Below are positions 49,066 through 59,949 of a DNA stretch of 64,000 nt, one piece after another (positions within the stretch are counted from its first letter, which is position 1; each line of letters begins with the position of its first letter). Origin of the DNA: Basidiobolus meristosporus CBS 931.73 (Eukaryota; Fungi; Basidiobolomycota). The position numbers and the translations under genes were made by a program. The stretch spans positions 97,639 to 161,638 of the forward strand of contig MCFE01000122.1 in assembly GCA_002104905.1 (NCBI GenBank), written 5' to 3'. The notes below the pieces were generated by a model that had not been told where the DNA came from, made no database searches, and was given only the letters and a program-made list of their open reading frames with translations.

Positions 49066-49711
49066 GTTCTTATTTTTGAACTAAACGGGGTAAACGTTAA
49101 GGATTCTACTCGAAAAATAGCCACTAGACAAGTGCACGGTAAAAATAAATCAACTCCCATTGAAAAGGATACTCTGTTTTTCAGGCCCTTCATCATCTGT
49201 ATAGTATAGGTCTTGCGTTGACAAATAAAGAGTGTGCTTTTGACGCGGTAGAGAGGTCAAAAACTATGAAGCCAGCAACGGATTAGAGTTGGTGTGGCTT
49301 ATGTATATGCATAGAGTTGTCCTGACACTTTGCTTTAACGAAGAACTAAGGACAAGGCAAACTGAACACTTGGTGATGCTAGGTGCGATCCAATTTCATA
49401 CAAGGTGAGTGGAATAGGGTTAGCTAATTCCTGATGAAATGGTATTAGTTTATTTCGACATCCCTGGATAAATTATCGAAATCTCTGGAAATTTCCGACT
49501 TCATGATCGAATTCGTACGCCATCTAGACCTAGCATATTTCAATGCGCTTTCTATTCAGTCTTGCTGATCGGGAGTGTGTGTTTCATCTTTGCTAAAATA
49601 GTGTGCATAAAGGGCGAATCTGAGTAAGGGTAAGAATACAGGTGTTTATTTCGGTTCTTTCAAATTGGCTGATTATTAGAGTAATATCGGGGAATATATG
49701 TGATGGATTGA

Positions 49712-52700
49712 TTAGTTTCCGAAGAATCGCTTGTAAAGGTCTGCGATTTTGGAGCCTTCGCCCGAGTGATCAGTAGTGTCATAAGCTCCAGCACCACCGC
49801 CGTTGTCTCCACCGTTGTCGCCATGTCCACCAGATCCAGAGTGGTCAGTAGTATCGTAAGCACCAGCTCCGCCGCCATTACCACCAGATCCACCACCATT
49901 TCCGCCAGAGCCACCACCGTTACCACCGTAGCCGCCACTGTCTCCACCATGGTCTCCTCCATTACCACCACCGTTGCCAGCGCCAGTGTCGTATCCACCA
50001 GCACCGCCTCCATTGCCACCGGATCCCCCTCCATTACCGCCGGCACCACCTCCATTGCCACCGTACCCTCCGTTATCTCCTCCATTGCCGCCACTGCCGC
50101 CTCCGTTACCGGCTCCGGTGTCGTATCCTCCAGCGCCGCCACCATTTCCACCGGATCCTCCACCATTTCCACCTGCACCGCCGCCGTTACCACCATAACC
50201 TCCATTGTCACCGCCGTTTCCTCCACCATTGCCTCCACCGTTTCCGGCTCCAGTGTCGTATCCTCCAGCACCGCCACCGTTACCACCAGATCCTCCACCG
50301 TTGCCGCCGGCGCCACCACCGTTTCCACCATAGCCTCCGTTGTCACCGCCGTTGCCTCCGTTACCACCACCGTTTCCAGCTCCAGTATCATATCCTCCGG
50401 CACCGCCACCATTACCACCAGATCCTCCACCGTTTCCACCGGCACCACCACCATTACCACCATAGCCTCCGTTGTCTCCGCCGTTTCCTCCACCATTGCC
50501 GCCGTTTCCGGCTCCAGTGTCATATCCACCAGCACCACCGCCGTTACCGCCAGATCCTCCACCGTGTCCACCGGCACCACCACCGTTTCCACCGTAGCCT
50601 CCGTTATCACCGCCGTTGCCTCCACCATTGCCTCCGCTTCCGGCTCCAGTGTCATATCCACCAGCGCCACCGCCATTACCGCCAGATCCTCCACCGTTGT
50701 CACCGGCACCACCACCGTTTCCGCCGTAGCCTCCGTTGTCACCACCGTTGCCTCCACCATTACCACCACTTCCGGCTCCAGTGTCATATCCGCCAGCACC
50801 ACCGCCATTACCGCCAGATCCTCCACCGTTACCGCCGGATCCACCACCGTTTCCACCGTAGCCTCCGTTGTCGCCACCGTTACCACCGCTTCCGGCTCCA
50901 GTGTCATATCCACCAGCACCACCGCCGTTACCACCAGATCCTCCACCGTTACCACCGGCACCACCACCATTACCTCCGTAGCCTCCGTTGTCACCGCCAT
51001 TACCACCACCATTGCCGCCGTTTCCAGCTCCGGAATCATATCCACCAGCACCGCCGCCATTGCCACCAGATCCTCCGCCGTTACCACCGCTACCACCGTA
51101 GCCCCCGTTGTCACCACCGTTGCCTCCACCATTGCCGCCGTGTCCAGCTCCAGTATCGTATCCTCCAGCGCCGCCGCCATTACCACCGGATCCTCCACCG
51201 TTTCCACCGGCACCACCACCGTTTCCGCCGTAGCCTCCGTTGTCACCACCGTTGCCTCCACCATTGCCGCCGTGTCCAGCACCAGTATCGTATCCTCCAG
51301 CACCGCCGCCATTACCACCGGATCCTCCACCGTTTCCGCCATAGCCTCCGTTGTCACCACCATGATCTCCGCCGTTGCCTCCGTTACCACCACCGTTTCC
51401 GGCTCCAGTATCATATCCTCCGGCACCACCACCATTACCACCGGATCCTCCACCGTTACCACCGGCACCACCACCATTACCTCCGTAGCCTCCGTTGTTA
51501 CCGCCATTACCTCCGCCGTTGCCTCCGTTACCACCACCGTTTCCGGCTCCAGTATCATATCCTCCGGCTCCACCACCATTACCACCAGATCCTCCACCGC
51601 TACCACCGGCACCACCACCGTTTCCGCCGTAGCCTCCGTTGTCACCGCCATTACCTCCGCCGTTGCCTCCGTTACCACCACCGTTTCCGGCTCCAGTGTC
51701 ATATCCTCCGGCACCACCGCCATTACCACCAGATCCTCCACCGTTGCCACCGGCACCACCACCGTTTCCACCGTAGCCTCCGTTGTCACCACCGTTGCCA
51801 CCACCATTGCCTCCATTTCCAGCTCCAGTATCGTATCCACCAGCACCGCCGCCATTACCACCGGATCCTCCACCGTTGCCACCGGCACCACCACCATTAC
51901 CACCATAGCCTCCATTGTCTCCTCCGCCGTTTCCTCCGTTACCACCACCATTTCCGGCTCCAGAGTCGTATCCTCCAGCACCACCACCGTTGCCGCCGGC
52001 ACCACCACCGTTTCCGCCGTAGCCTCCGTTATCACCGCCATTACCTCCACCGTTTCCTCCACTTCCACCACCGTTACCAGCTCCAGTGTCGTATCCTCCA
52101 GCACCACCGCCGTTACCACCGGATCCTCCACCGTTACCACCGGATCCTCCACCATTGCCACCGTATCCTCCGTTGTCACCGCCATTACCTCCGCCGTTGC
52201 CTCCGTTATCACCACCGTTTCCGGCTCCAGTATCATATCCTCCGGCTCCGCCACCATTACCACCAGATCCTCCACCGTTGCCACCATTTCCACCGTAGCC
52301 TCCATTATCACCACCGTTGCCTCCTCCGTTGCCTCCGTTATCACCACCATTTCCGGCTCCGGTGTCGTATCCTCCAGCACCGCCACCATTACCACCGGAT
52401 CCTCCACCGTTGCCACCGGCACCACCACCATTACCTCCGTAGCCTCCGTTGTCACCACCGTTGCCTCCACCATTGCCTCCACCATTGCCGCCATGTCCAG
52501 CTCCAGTATCGTATCCTCCAGCACCGCCGCCATTTCCACCGGATCCTCCACCGTTACCACCGGCACCACCACCGTTTCCACCGTAGCCTCCGTTGTCACC
52601 ACCGTTGCCTCCACCATTGCCGCCGTGTCCAGCACCACCACCATTACCTCCACTTCCGGCTCCAGTATCATAAGCACCTACACCGTTACCACCACCATTG

Positions 52701-53191
52701 CCACCAGATCCACCCCCGTTGCCACCGGCACCACCACCATTACCTCCGTAGCCACCATTGCCTCCGCCATTACCACCACCATTATCACCATTTCCGGCTC
52801 CAGTATCGTAAGTGCCTGCGCCACCGCCGCTGCCACCAGAACCACCGCCGTTGCCACCAGAACCACCACCATTTCCTCCGTAGCCGCCATTATTTTCGTC
52901 ATCGTCACCTCCACCATTGCCACCTGACCCACCGCCGTTGCCGCCTGAGTCGCCACCGTTGCCTCCGTATCCTCCGTTGTCGCCACCGTTTCCACCGGCA
53001 CCTCCACCAGCTCCCCCATAGCCGCCGCTGTCACCTCCATTTCCACCTCCATTACCGCCGAGGCTGCCAGAGAGGTCACTGATGTCATACGCTCCAACGC
53101 CACCAGAGTCACCACCATGACCAGAGGAACCAGCACTGACAGAGCAAGCGGCAGAGAGGACGAAAAGAAGGGTAGATGCGGAGAACTTCAT
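49712..53191 (-). CDS. Secreted Gly/Asn-rich repetitive protein, 1,159 aa
   Basis: ATG, signal peptide MKFSASTLLFVLSAACSVSA, 22 units ending in YD(T/S)GAG, unique tail KIADLYKRFFGN*; uninterrupted 3.5-kb frame. Confidence 0.9.
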   Translation of the reverse strand: MKFSASTLLFVLSAACSVSAGSSGHGGDSGGVGAYDISDLSGSLGGNGGGNGGDSGGYGGAGGGAGGNGGDNGGYGGNGGDSGGNGGGSGGNGGGDDDENNGGYGGNGGGSGGNGGGSGGSGGGAGTYDTGAGNGDNGGGNGGGNGGYGGNGGGAGGNGGGSGGNGGGNGVGAYDTGAGSGGNGGGAGHGGNGGGNGGDNGGYGGNGGGAGGNGGGSGGNGGGAGGYDTGAGHGGNGGGNGGGNGGDNGGYGGNGGGAGGNGGGSGGNGGGAGGYDTGAGNGGDNGGNGGGNGGDNGGYGGNGGNGGGSGGNGGGAGGYDTGAGNGGDNGGNGGGNGGDNGGYGGNGGGSGGNGGGSGGNGGGAGGYDTGAGNGGGSGGNGGGNGGDNGGYGGNGGGAGGNGGGAGGYDSGAGNGGGNGGNGGGDNGGYGGNGGGAGGNGGGSGGNGGGAGGYDTGAGNGGNGGGNGGDNGGYGGNGGGAGGNGGGSGGNGGGAGGYDTGAGNGGGNGGNGGGNGGDNGGYGGNGGGAGGSGGGSGGNGGGAGGYDTGAGNGGGNGGNGGGNGGNNGGYGGNGGGAGGNGGGSGGNGGGAGGYDTGAGNGGGNGGNGGDHGGDNGGYGGNGGGSGGNGGGAGGYDTGAGHGGNGGGNGGDNGGYGGNGGGAGGNGGGSGGNGGGAGGYDTGAGHGGNGGGNGGDNGGYGGSGGNGGGSGGNGGGAGGYDSGAGNGGNGGGNGGDNGGYGGNGGGAGGNGGGSGGNGGGAGGYDTGAGSGGNGGDNGGYGGNGGGSGGNGGGSGGNGGGAGGYDTGAGSGGNGGGNGGDNGGYGGNGGGAGDNGGGSGGNGGGAGGYDTGAGSGGNGGGNGGDNGGYGGNGGGAGGHGGGSGGNGGGAGGYDTGAGNGGNGGGNGGDNGGYGGNGGGAGGNGGGSGGNGGGAGGYDTGAGNGGGNGGNGGDNGGYGGNGGGAGGNGGGSGGNGGGAGGYDTGAGNGGGNGGGNGGDNGGYGGNGGGAGGNGGGSGGNGGGAGGYDTGAGNGGGSGGNGGDNGGYGGNGGGAGGNGGGSGGNGGGAGGYDTGAGNGGGNGGDHGGDSGGYGGNGGGSGGNGGGSGGNGGGAGAYDTTDHSGSGGHGDNGGDNGGGAGAYDTTDHSGEGSKIADLYKRFFGN

Positions 53192-54112
53192 ATTCCAATG
53201 GGTATTTTAAATAATTGATAAATCAAGAATTTTTTTGTGAGGAACCGAAGAATGGAGGTTGGGTATTTATATTCCCTTTGACCAGGCAAGGGAAATTCCC
53301 TTACATGTGTGGATGTAGAACCCAATTTGCCTACGCTACCGAACATTGATTTCGCAGCAGAATGGTACATTCGGCCCATTTGATTTACTTTGAAACGCAG
53401 TTCAGTCCCATTCTTTGCGCAATTCGCATGCGTATGGAACAATGTGGAGACGGATTGACTCGAATCTAATGTAAAGTTTCCCCTTAATTGGATTCCTTGA
53501 ATATACAAGTCGCGAGTGGGATGACGAACTCCGAATCCCCTGAAATGCTCGCCAATAAGGGGGACCGAGCCCAGGACTTCTCCATGGTTTCCAGGTAAAT
53601 TATCGGGAAGTTGCCTCGGCTCCACCCCTAAAACCAACCCTACTTGTCCTACCCAGCTCCTAAGTCTTGAATAATCCACAACCACTCACCTTGAACATAC
53701 GAATCACTGCCCTGAGCATTCGAAAGGAAAATAAAGCATTTTCCGATGGGAACACCCCCTCCTTGCCTCCCTATCCATGTCCCCACTGGCAAGTGCGATT
53801 TGATGCGACAAGGAATGTCGAAATAGATGCCGCATTTATCGAAATCCAGTTTAGACCGTCACAGCGCTCACTTCCGCTAGCCGCTCCATCAATTCACATC
53901 CTGGTAAATAATTGGCAGCTGTGATTCGTGCGATCTCCCATGGGGTAGGGTACCTTTGTTTACTAGGAAAGAAGGTTTGTTTGGGTGATTGATGAGGAGG
54001 ATTGATCCCTTTGTGTGAGCCATTCCCATACCCCCTGTTCCCTGCAGAAGTCCACGAGTTGACCTGACTTGCCCTTGGTACCACCATACAGGCAACCTAG
54101 TCAACTCTCACC

Positions 54113-55788
54113 ATGTCGGTTTGTATCATATGCACCGAATCCCTGGCTACCAAGCCTACCGACAATCCCAATGTCCCCGGTAAACACCAGGCTCCCGTCT
54201 CCGTGACAGTGTGTAAGTCTTCTTCGGTTTACCACAAAGCTCGTGCTCCACGCTAATGCCCAACCTTGCGTCGGGTTCCCTTCGTACTAGGTGGCCACCT
54301 GTTCCACACCATTTGGTAACCAGCAATCTAGCTCCATCCCCTTGCTCGGGAACTAATCTGTTTTGTAGTATTCTCCATTGGTACCAAACGCTGGACAACA
54401 AACGGCAAGTCCGAACCAACCATTCACTGGTCTCTTGCCCCATATGCAAGCAGGACCAGCAGAAACGTGACCTGCGTGGGATCTATTGCAATTTCGAGTC
54501 CGCCATAGATATAGAGACCCTGTCGGAGGACCAGATACATGTATTGCGTTCGGTAGCTTTTTCCTCTGGTGTCGCTTTCTCGCACTCACCTCTGTCTACC
54601 CATAGGAGCGCATGATCGCTTTGGAACAAAAGGTCCAGCGAAGTGAGGAGGTCAACGACCTGCTAAAGGCCAGGTTAGCCACTTGCGAGAAGGAGTTGCT
54701 GGACATGGAGGAGATCACGTTGAAGGGGCTGAAGGACTCCTTGGAGAAATCCAAAGGGCAGCTCGAGCAGGCGAAAAAGCAGAATCTAGAGTTGAAACAG
54801 AGGATCTCCAAGTACCAGAGGATCCAAAGGTGGGTGGACCCGAATGAGGATCCAAGGCACCTCATTAAACCGCTTCGGCTTTCCTTAGAATCCTGGAGTT
54901 GGAAAATAAAGAAAAAGAGCCCGAGGGCGTCGAGTTCTTGATGAACTACGAGAACATGTCCAGGCAACAGCTGACCGAGGCGTTCTTCGCCCTGTATCAG
55001 GTGCAGCGGAACGGAATCAAGTAAGTCGCCTCTGATCACGCGACCACGCCATCCGTCGATCTGACCCTCTCTGCACAGACAATTGAAGCATGTGGAGCAG
55101 TTCCAGGAGAAGGAGTGTCGTAAACTCCACGCAGAAATAGAAGAGCAGAAGAAGCTGCGAGCAATGAAGGAGGACCGCATCAAAACCCTGGAAAACTGGC
55201 TCAAGAATCTACAGACAAAGGTGAGAGAGCCCACCGCCGCAACTAATCCGACGCTAACCGCCCTTTACCAGTACAAAAAACTGCAAACAAGCGAGCCCGA
55301 GGAGAAACGAAGCATTGTGTCTCGCAGGTTAGGCCGTCCGAATGAGAGCTGTGGACAACGCACATACTAAACCATCGTAACGCAGTAAGCCGCGAACTGC
55401 CTCTTTTAACAAACAGCTGGGCGGATTCCAGCCCATGGATCAATTGTCGAGGCAGCCCCGAGCTGTCAACGAACCAGGTGCTTCCAAGACTCCATGAAAT
55501 CCATCCTAACGATTGCTGACTGACCTCTCTCTCAAGTCAATCCCTCCAAACCACCGTTGCCGCCCGAAAAGCCCACCTCAGGCTCGGACCGAAGTAGCTC
55601 GGAGCCAGAGCTGCCAGGATTGCGGCTAGCTTTGCCGGCCGTCCAACCGCCTCCGATTCCGAAACGGGTAAGGCTCAATTTCGAGGGTGACCATGACTGA
55701 TCTGCGATGCTAATGGTTCCCGAAGACATCGTTCCTGCAGTACGATGGTATGGGTGGCAGGAAACGAAAAAACCCCTTTTCTAAATAG
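54113..55788 (+). CDS. TRAIP: TRAIP-like RING and coiled-coil E3 ligase, multi-exon
   Basis: MSVCIICTE / CGHLFHTIC / ILHWY...SCPICK RING; long coiled coil; terminal YDGMGGRKR resembles the conserved TRAIP (F/Y)DGLGGR motif. Confidence 0.72.
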
Positions 55789-55841
55789 CGAAGCAATAAA
55801 TTGTATTGATAAATTGCATTTTTACTTTTATTTCTCTTTGT

Positions 55842-57272
55842 CTAGGCGGTAGAACGACCACTGGCCCGGACCACCTCGGTGACATTGCGGGAGTATCTGT
55901 GGACGGCATCGGCGATACTCTTGGCATTGATCAGGAAGGCCTTGGTGTTCAGGTTCTTGTTGGTGTCGCAGCCAAGATGATAGCACCAGTCCAACTGCTT
56001 ACCAACCACTCCCCCGAAGATCTTCTTCTCCGCCTCGGTCTTGATGCCACTGGCGCCGGTGATCAATCCACCGGAGGGAATCCCCGCTGCGGCGAATGGG
56101 CCAATGTCGGAGCCGGAGTAAGGGAAGGGAACGCTCTGGTAGGGGATCTTCTTGTACTTGAAATCAGCCTCGAAGTCCCTGGTGATCACCTCGGAACCGG
56201 CCGGGCTTGGCCCTCCGTCGGCGTTTTGGTTGTAAATCCGAAGAATGTAATTGGGACTGGCGATCATATCGAAGTTAAGCATCAGCGCGATCTTCTTACG
56301 TTCCTGCGCGTTCAGAGAGTTGACGTAGGCATAGGAGCCGAGCAGACCGTACTCCTCGGCTGAGAACCAACCGAATCGCACCTTGTTCTTGGGGTTGAAC
56401 TTGCGGCCCAGGTTGGTGGCAACCTCCAACAACGCGGCGGAGCCAGACCCATTGTCATTGATGCCTGGTCCAGCCCACACCGAGTCACTGTGTGCACCCA
56501 GGAAGACAACGTGGTTTGGATCACCACCCTTGGTTTCAGCGATGATATTGTGGGTGGTACGGTTCTCGACCTTCTCGATGATGGTTAGGTCTAGCTTGAG
56601 TGGCCCTTGCTGAAGCAACTCAACCAACTTCACCCCAGATGCCTTGCTGAGTCCGCCTGTCACCAGGGTTGAGGTTTCAGTAAGACCAAGGCGGCCACGG
56701 TATTCCTGATCGGCGTCGTTGTACACCAGGGCCGCCACTGCGCCAGCCTTGGCTGCGTTGAGGGACTTCAGGTTGGCTGAGCACTCCCCGCGAGAGATAA
56801 GCGCGATCTTCCCCTTGACATCGGTCCCCTGGAAATCTTCAGCCTCGCATCCGTAGGAAACGTTGGTGCCTACCTTGTTAGGGATGTGGACTACCTCAGC
56901 CTTCAATCCTTCCTTTGGAGTTGATTTGGTGTAAGCCAAGCCGAAGACCGGGAAGGTCAATTCCACCCCTTTGACGGTGGTGGATGCCTTGGCGTAGATG
57001 GTTTCGGAATAGGTTGCGACGAAGGGGTGACGATAAACATGCAGCCCGGCGTGTTTGAGCCTCTTCTCGAGATAGCTCAACGTCAGCTTGTGGCCCGGAG
57101 TGGTGAAAACTCTGGTTCCCTTATAAGCCTTGGAAAAGCGCTCGAAATTCTGGGTGTGGCGTAGAAGCCCCTTGGTGGTGATCTTACGTTGAAGCCATTC
57201 AGATTCTTGCTTGGCGTCGGCCACAGCGGTCAAAGCCAAGGCCAAGAGAGTCAAGGTAACTTTAAATTGCAT
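55842..57272 (-). CDS. Secreted M28 aminopeptidase with PA domain (aminopeptidase Y/LAP2-like), intronless, 476 aa
   Basis: Signal peptide; PA domain (KGKIALISRGEC; AGAVAALVYN); zinc ligands GAHSDSV, NDNGSG, AEEYGLLGS, NFDMIAS, YHLGCD. Confidence 0.95.
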   Translation of the reverse strand: MQFKVTLTLLALALTAVADAKQESEWLQRKITTKGLLRHTQNFERFSKAYKGTRVFTTPGHKLTLSYLEKRLKHAGLHVYRHPFVATYSETIYAKASTTVKGVELTFPVFGLAYTKSTPKEGLKAEVVHIPNKVGTNVSYGCEAEDFQGTDVKGKIALISRGECSANLKSLNAAKAGAVAALVYNDADQEYRGRLGLTETSTLVTGGLSKASGVKLVELLQQGPLKLDLTIIEKVENRTTHNIIAETKGGDPNHVVFLGAHSDSVWAGPGINDNGSGSAALLEVATNLGRKFNPKNKVRFGWFSAEEYGLLGSYAYVNSLNAQERKKIALMLNFDMIASPNYILRIYNQNADGGPSPAGSEVITRDFEADFKYKKIPYQSVPFPYSGSDIGPFAAAGIPSGGLITGASGIKTEAEKKIFGGVVGKQLDWCYHLGCDTNKNLNTKAFLINAKSIADAVHRYSRNVTEVVRASGRSTA

Positions 57273-57491
57273 GTTTGGTTAGTGGACACCACCTCACCAT
57301 GGCTGGGTATATATATATCTAACGATTCGACTCATTCTACGCAAGAATCAACTCATTTCCCATTTCAAGCGATATGGTACAACGGTGTACCTGGAGGAAT
57401 ACCAATCGCTACGTAAGGTGAAGGATGCTCTCATACTCTGGGCTATTTAGCAATGCAGATCTGAGCTCGTTTATGGTGGGAATTCGGTCAG

Positions 57492-57529
57492 CCTGTACAC
57501 CCACCTGTACACCCACCTGTACACCCACC
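57492..57529. repeat. 12-bp tandem repeat CCTGTACACCCA x3
   Basis: Read directly from the sequence. Confidence 0.9.
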
Positions 57530-57751
57530 ATTCCAAGAAATCATGCAAAGCCCAGGTTACTGGAAAGCCATCCATCTCTATTTGTGCCTACCTGCGATGT
57601 GATTGGTGGAAACTTGGGCAACTGGGAGATCAGACGAATTGCTCTCAATGATGGAACCATTTAAACGCAGTGGTAACCAGTGGGATGCTGCCAAATAATA
57701 CAGTGCCATAAAAATATCGTTCTTTGTACAAACCATACTATTCCTTTCTAT

Positions 57752-57832
57752 CCTTATCAATCTATTGTGGTCTTCCTTCCTTATCAATCTATTGTGGTCT
57801 TCCTTCCTTATCAATCTATTGTGGTCTTCCTT
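57752..57832. repeat. 27-bp tandem repeat CCTTATCAATCTATTGTGGTCTTCCTT x3
   Basis: Three identical head-to-tail copies. Confidence 0.92.
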
Positions 57833-58095
57833 CCCTATTGAAGATAAAATCCATTAGGGAGTAAGTCTTGATTGTGAGATTCCAGCAAGTAAATAGTTAT
57901 GGATACACTCAGCCCAGCCATGCCCTTTGCAAAAAGTGAGGTTTTCTTAGAGCAAGTGTTGCAATAAGCGCAGTTTTCCTTCAGGGGGAGGGTAGCAATG
58001 ACCAACCAGTGAAATATTTATTTCTGGAACTCAGATCAATTCACCAAGTGCCATATAGGTAACTATCACAAGTTAACAATGAGAAGGGTTATTAT

Positions 58096-59949
58096 CGTTG
58101 TAAAAATTTGTAATCCCACCTAAATACTCACCTAACTTAGTCACTTAGATCATTACCTTCCAATCCTAGGGAATACTGACCAAATTCCTTGTTGGATTTA
58201 CTTAGAATATTTACCCAGAACATGAAAATTAGTTGAGTTGTCCAAACAGCCCCAAACCTTGCACACATGTTCTTGGGACCTTCCTTAAGCTATTCTACAT
58301 GTTTGTAATGCCAAGATCATGTAAAAGTATAAATACTACTTTTACATTCAAAAAATCATTAAGTGAAAACCATGATAATCTACTTGCTTCTCCCAATCAC
58401 TTCCAATATCTCCAAGACTCTGACAACAAGTTATGAGCCCCAAGCTGTCACTCTCTGCAGTGTCTACTACTGCTATCACTGGAATTTTCTGTCTGCTGAA
58501 AAGTTGGATGGATCTAACTAGCCAAGTGTGGAAGGTGAAGATGAAGATGCTGCTACAAGAGAGAGGCCTTTGGGATATTGTCATGGGAAAAGAATGCCCT
58601 TCTAAATATGTTGGAGAGGAAGCCTTAAACAATTGGAAGAAAGAACAAAGTGTCTTCAACTGCATTTGCCTTAATGCCAAAGACAAATTGCTAATTCAAT
58701 GCTCAAGTGCAAAAACAGCAAAGAATGCCTGGAAGGCATTAGAAGACACCTACCAGTCATGTTCAGCTGCCAAGAAAGTGTATCTCAGACAAGAATTCTT
58801 TACTACAAAGATGCTATCAGCAGAAGAAATGAAAAATCTAATTAACAGAATTACCCTGCTGGTGGATGAGATGGAACCTGTGGGCATACCAACTACTGAT
58901 GAGGATGTGATAGTAACCATCCTGAATAGCCTGACAGACATGTTTCAGGGCCTTGTATCAGCCCTAGAGTCCAGAACTGAAGATTTAACCTTAAATTATG
59001 TATATGAAAGGCTCCTGGATGAAGAATTAAGAAAATTCAAGCACCAATAAAAAGGAAGAAGAAAATGCTTTAATAAGCAATGATAACCAACAAAGAAGAT
59101 ACCCAAGACCTTTCAAAGGCAATAGCAACCTGTTTTGTAACTACTGCAAAAGGAAATGACACACATCAGACTGGTGTCTCAAAAAGAGAGCTGATCAGCA
59201 AAGGAAGCCTGAATATGAAAATGCTGCAACAACTCAAGATAGACTATTCAGATCTGTACTAAATTTGACCACAAACAAGGATTCTTAGACATTGCATATT
59301 GACTCTGGAGCATCTCAGCACTTTACACACCAAAAAGAACTTTTTACCCAATATCAAGAAATTCCAATTAAGAAGGTTTTGATGGGTGACAAAAGAACAC
59401 TTGATGCAGTGGGAGAAGGAACTATCCAAGTAAGCCTCAGATGCAGTGAAGGATGCCATACATTGACCTTTAAAGAAGTACTCTATGTACCAGAAATAGC
59501 TAAGAACCTACTATCTGTAAGCTAGGCCACAGCAGATGGACCCAGTTTCAGCTTTGACAATTCCGGATGCATGATCACTGATCAAAATGGTGCTCATATT
59601 GCTTAGGGTATCAGATATCAGAATATATACAAGTTGACTTATATTCTGTCATATGTGGAAGCCAATACAAGTAACCTAAATGAAGAAACCAATGCTTTGG
59701 CACAGGAGATTTGAGCACATCAATTTCAATTATTTGCACATGATGATCAAAGATCAGCTAATATCTGGAGTAAAAATTGATCCCCCATCTAATTTGGAGC
59801 ACTGTGAAGCCTGCATATATGGGAAACAAACCAGACAACTGTTCAAAAGCTCTGGGTTAATCAATACCAAGAAAAAGTATATCTAGTTCACTCAGATCTG
59901 TGTGGACCAATGCAAAATTTATCCTTAGGTGGGATGAAGTATTTAATCA
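58096..59949 (+). mobile_element. Ty1/copia copy C (5' LTR ~58096-58428, PBS, gag, PR, start of IN), truncated
   Basis: LTR homologous to 10327-10669; AGTTATGAGCCC at 58429-58440; gag ORF 58433-59050; HIDSGASQH; ends within the integrase at TATTTAATCA. Confidence 0.93.

Noticed and set aside
49660-52927. 1005-aa Val/Ala/Thr/Glu-rich and 1053-aa Ser/Thr-rich (mucin-like) overlapping ORFs
   Set aside because: Alternative and antisense frames kept open by GGN/AAY repeat codons; only 49712-53191 has an ATG, signal peptide and unique termini.
53188-56363. ORFs 53188-53685, 54596-55234 and 55806-56363
   Set aside because: Promoter-region or antisense shadows of the Gly-rich, TRAIP and M28 genes with no recognisable motifs.
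57752-57832. CRISPR-like appearance of the 27-bp repeats (and of the 155-bp array)
   Set aside because: Head-to-tail repeats without unique spacers, eukaryotic context, no cas genes.
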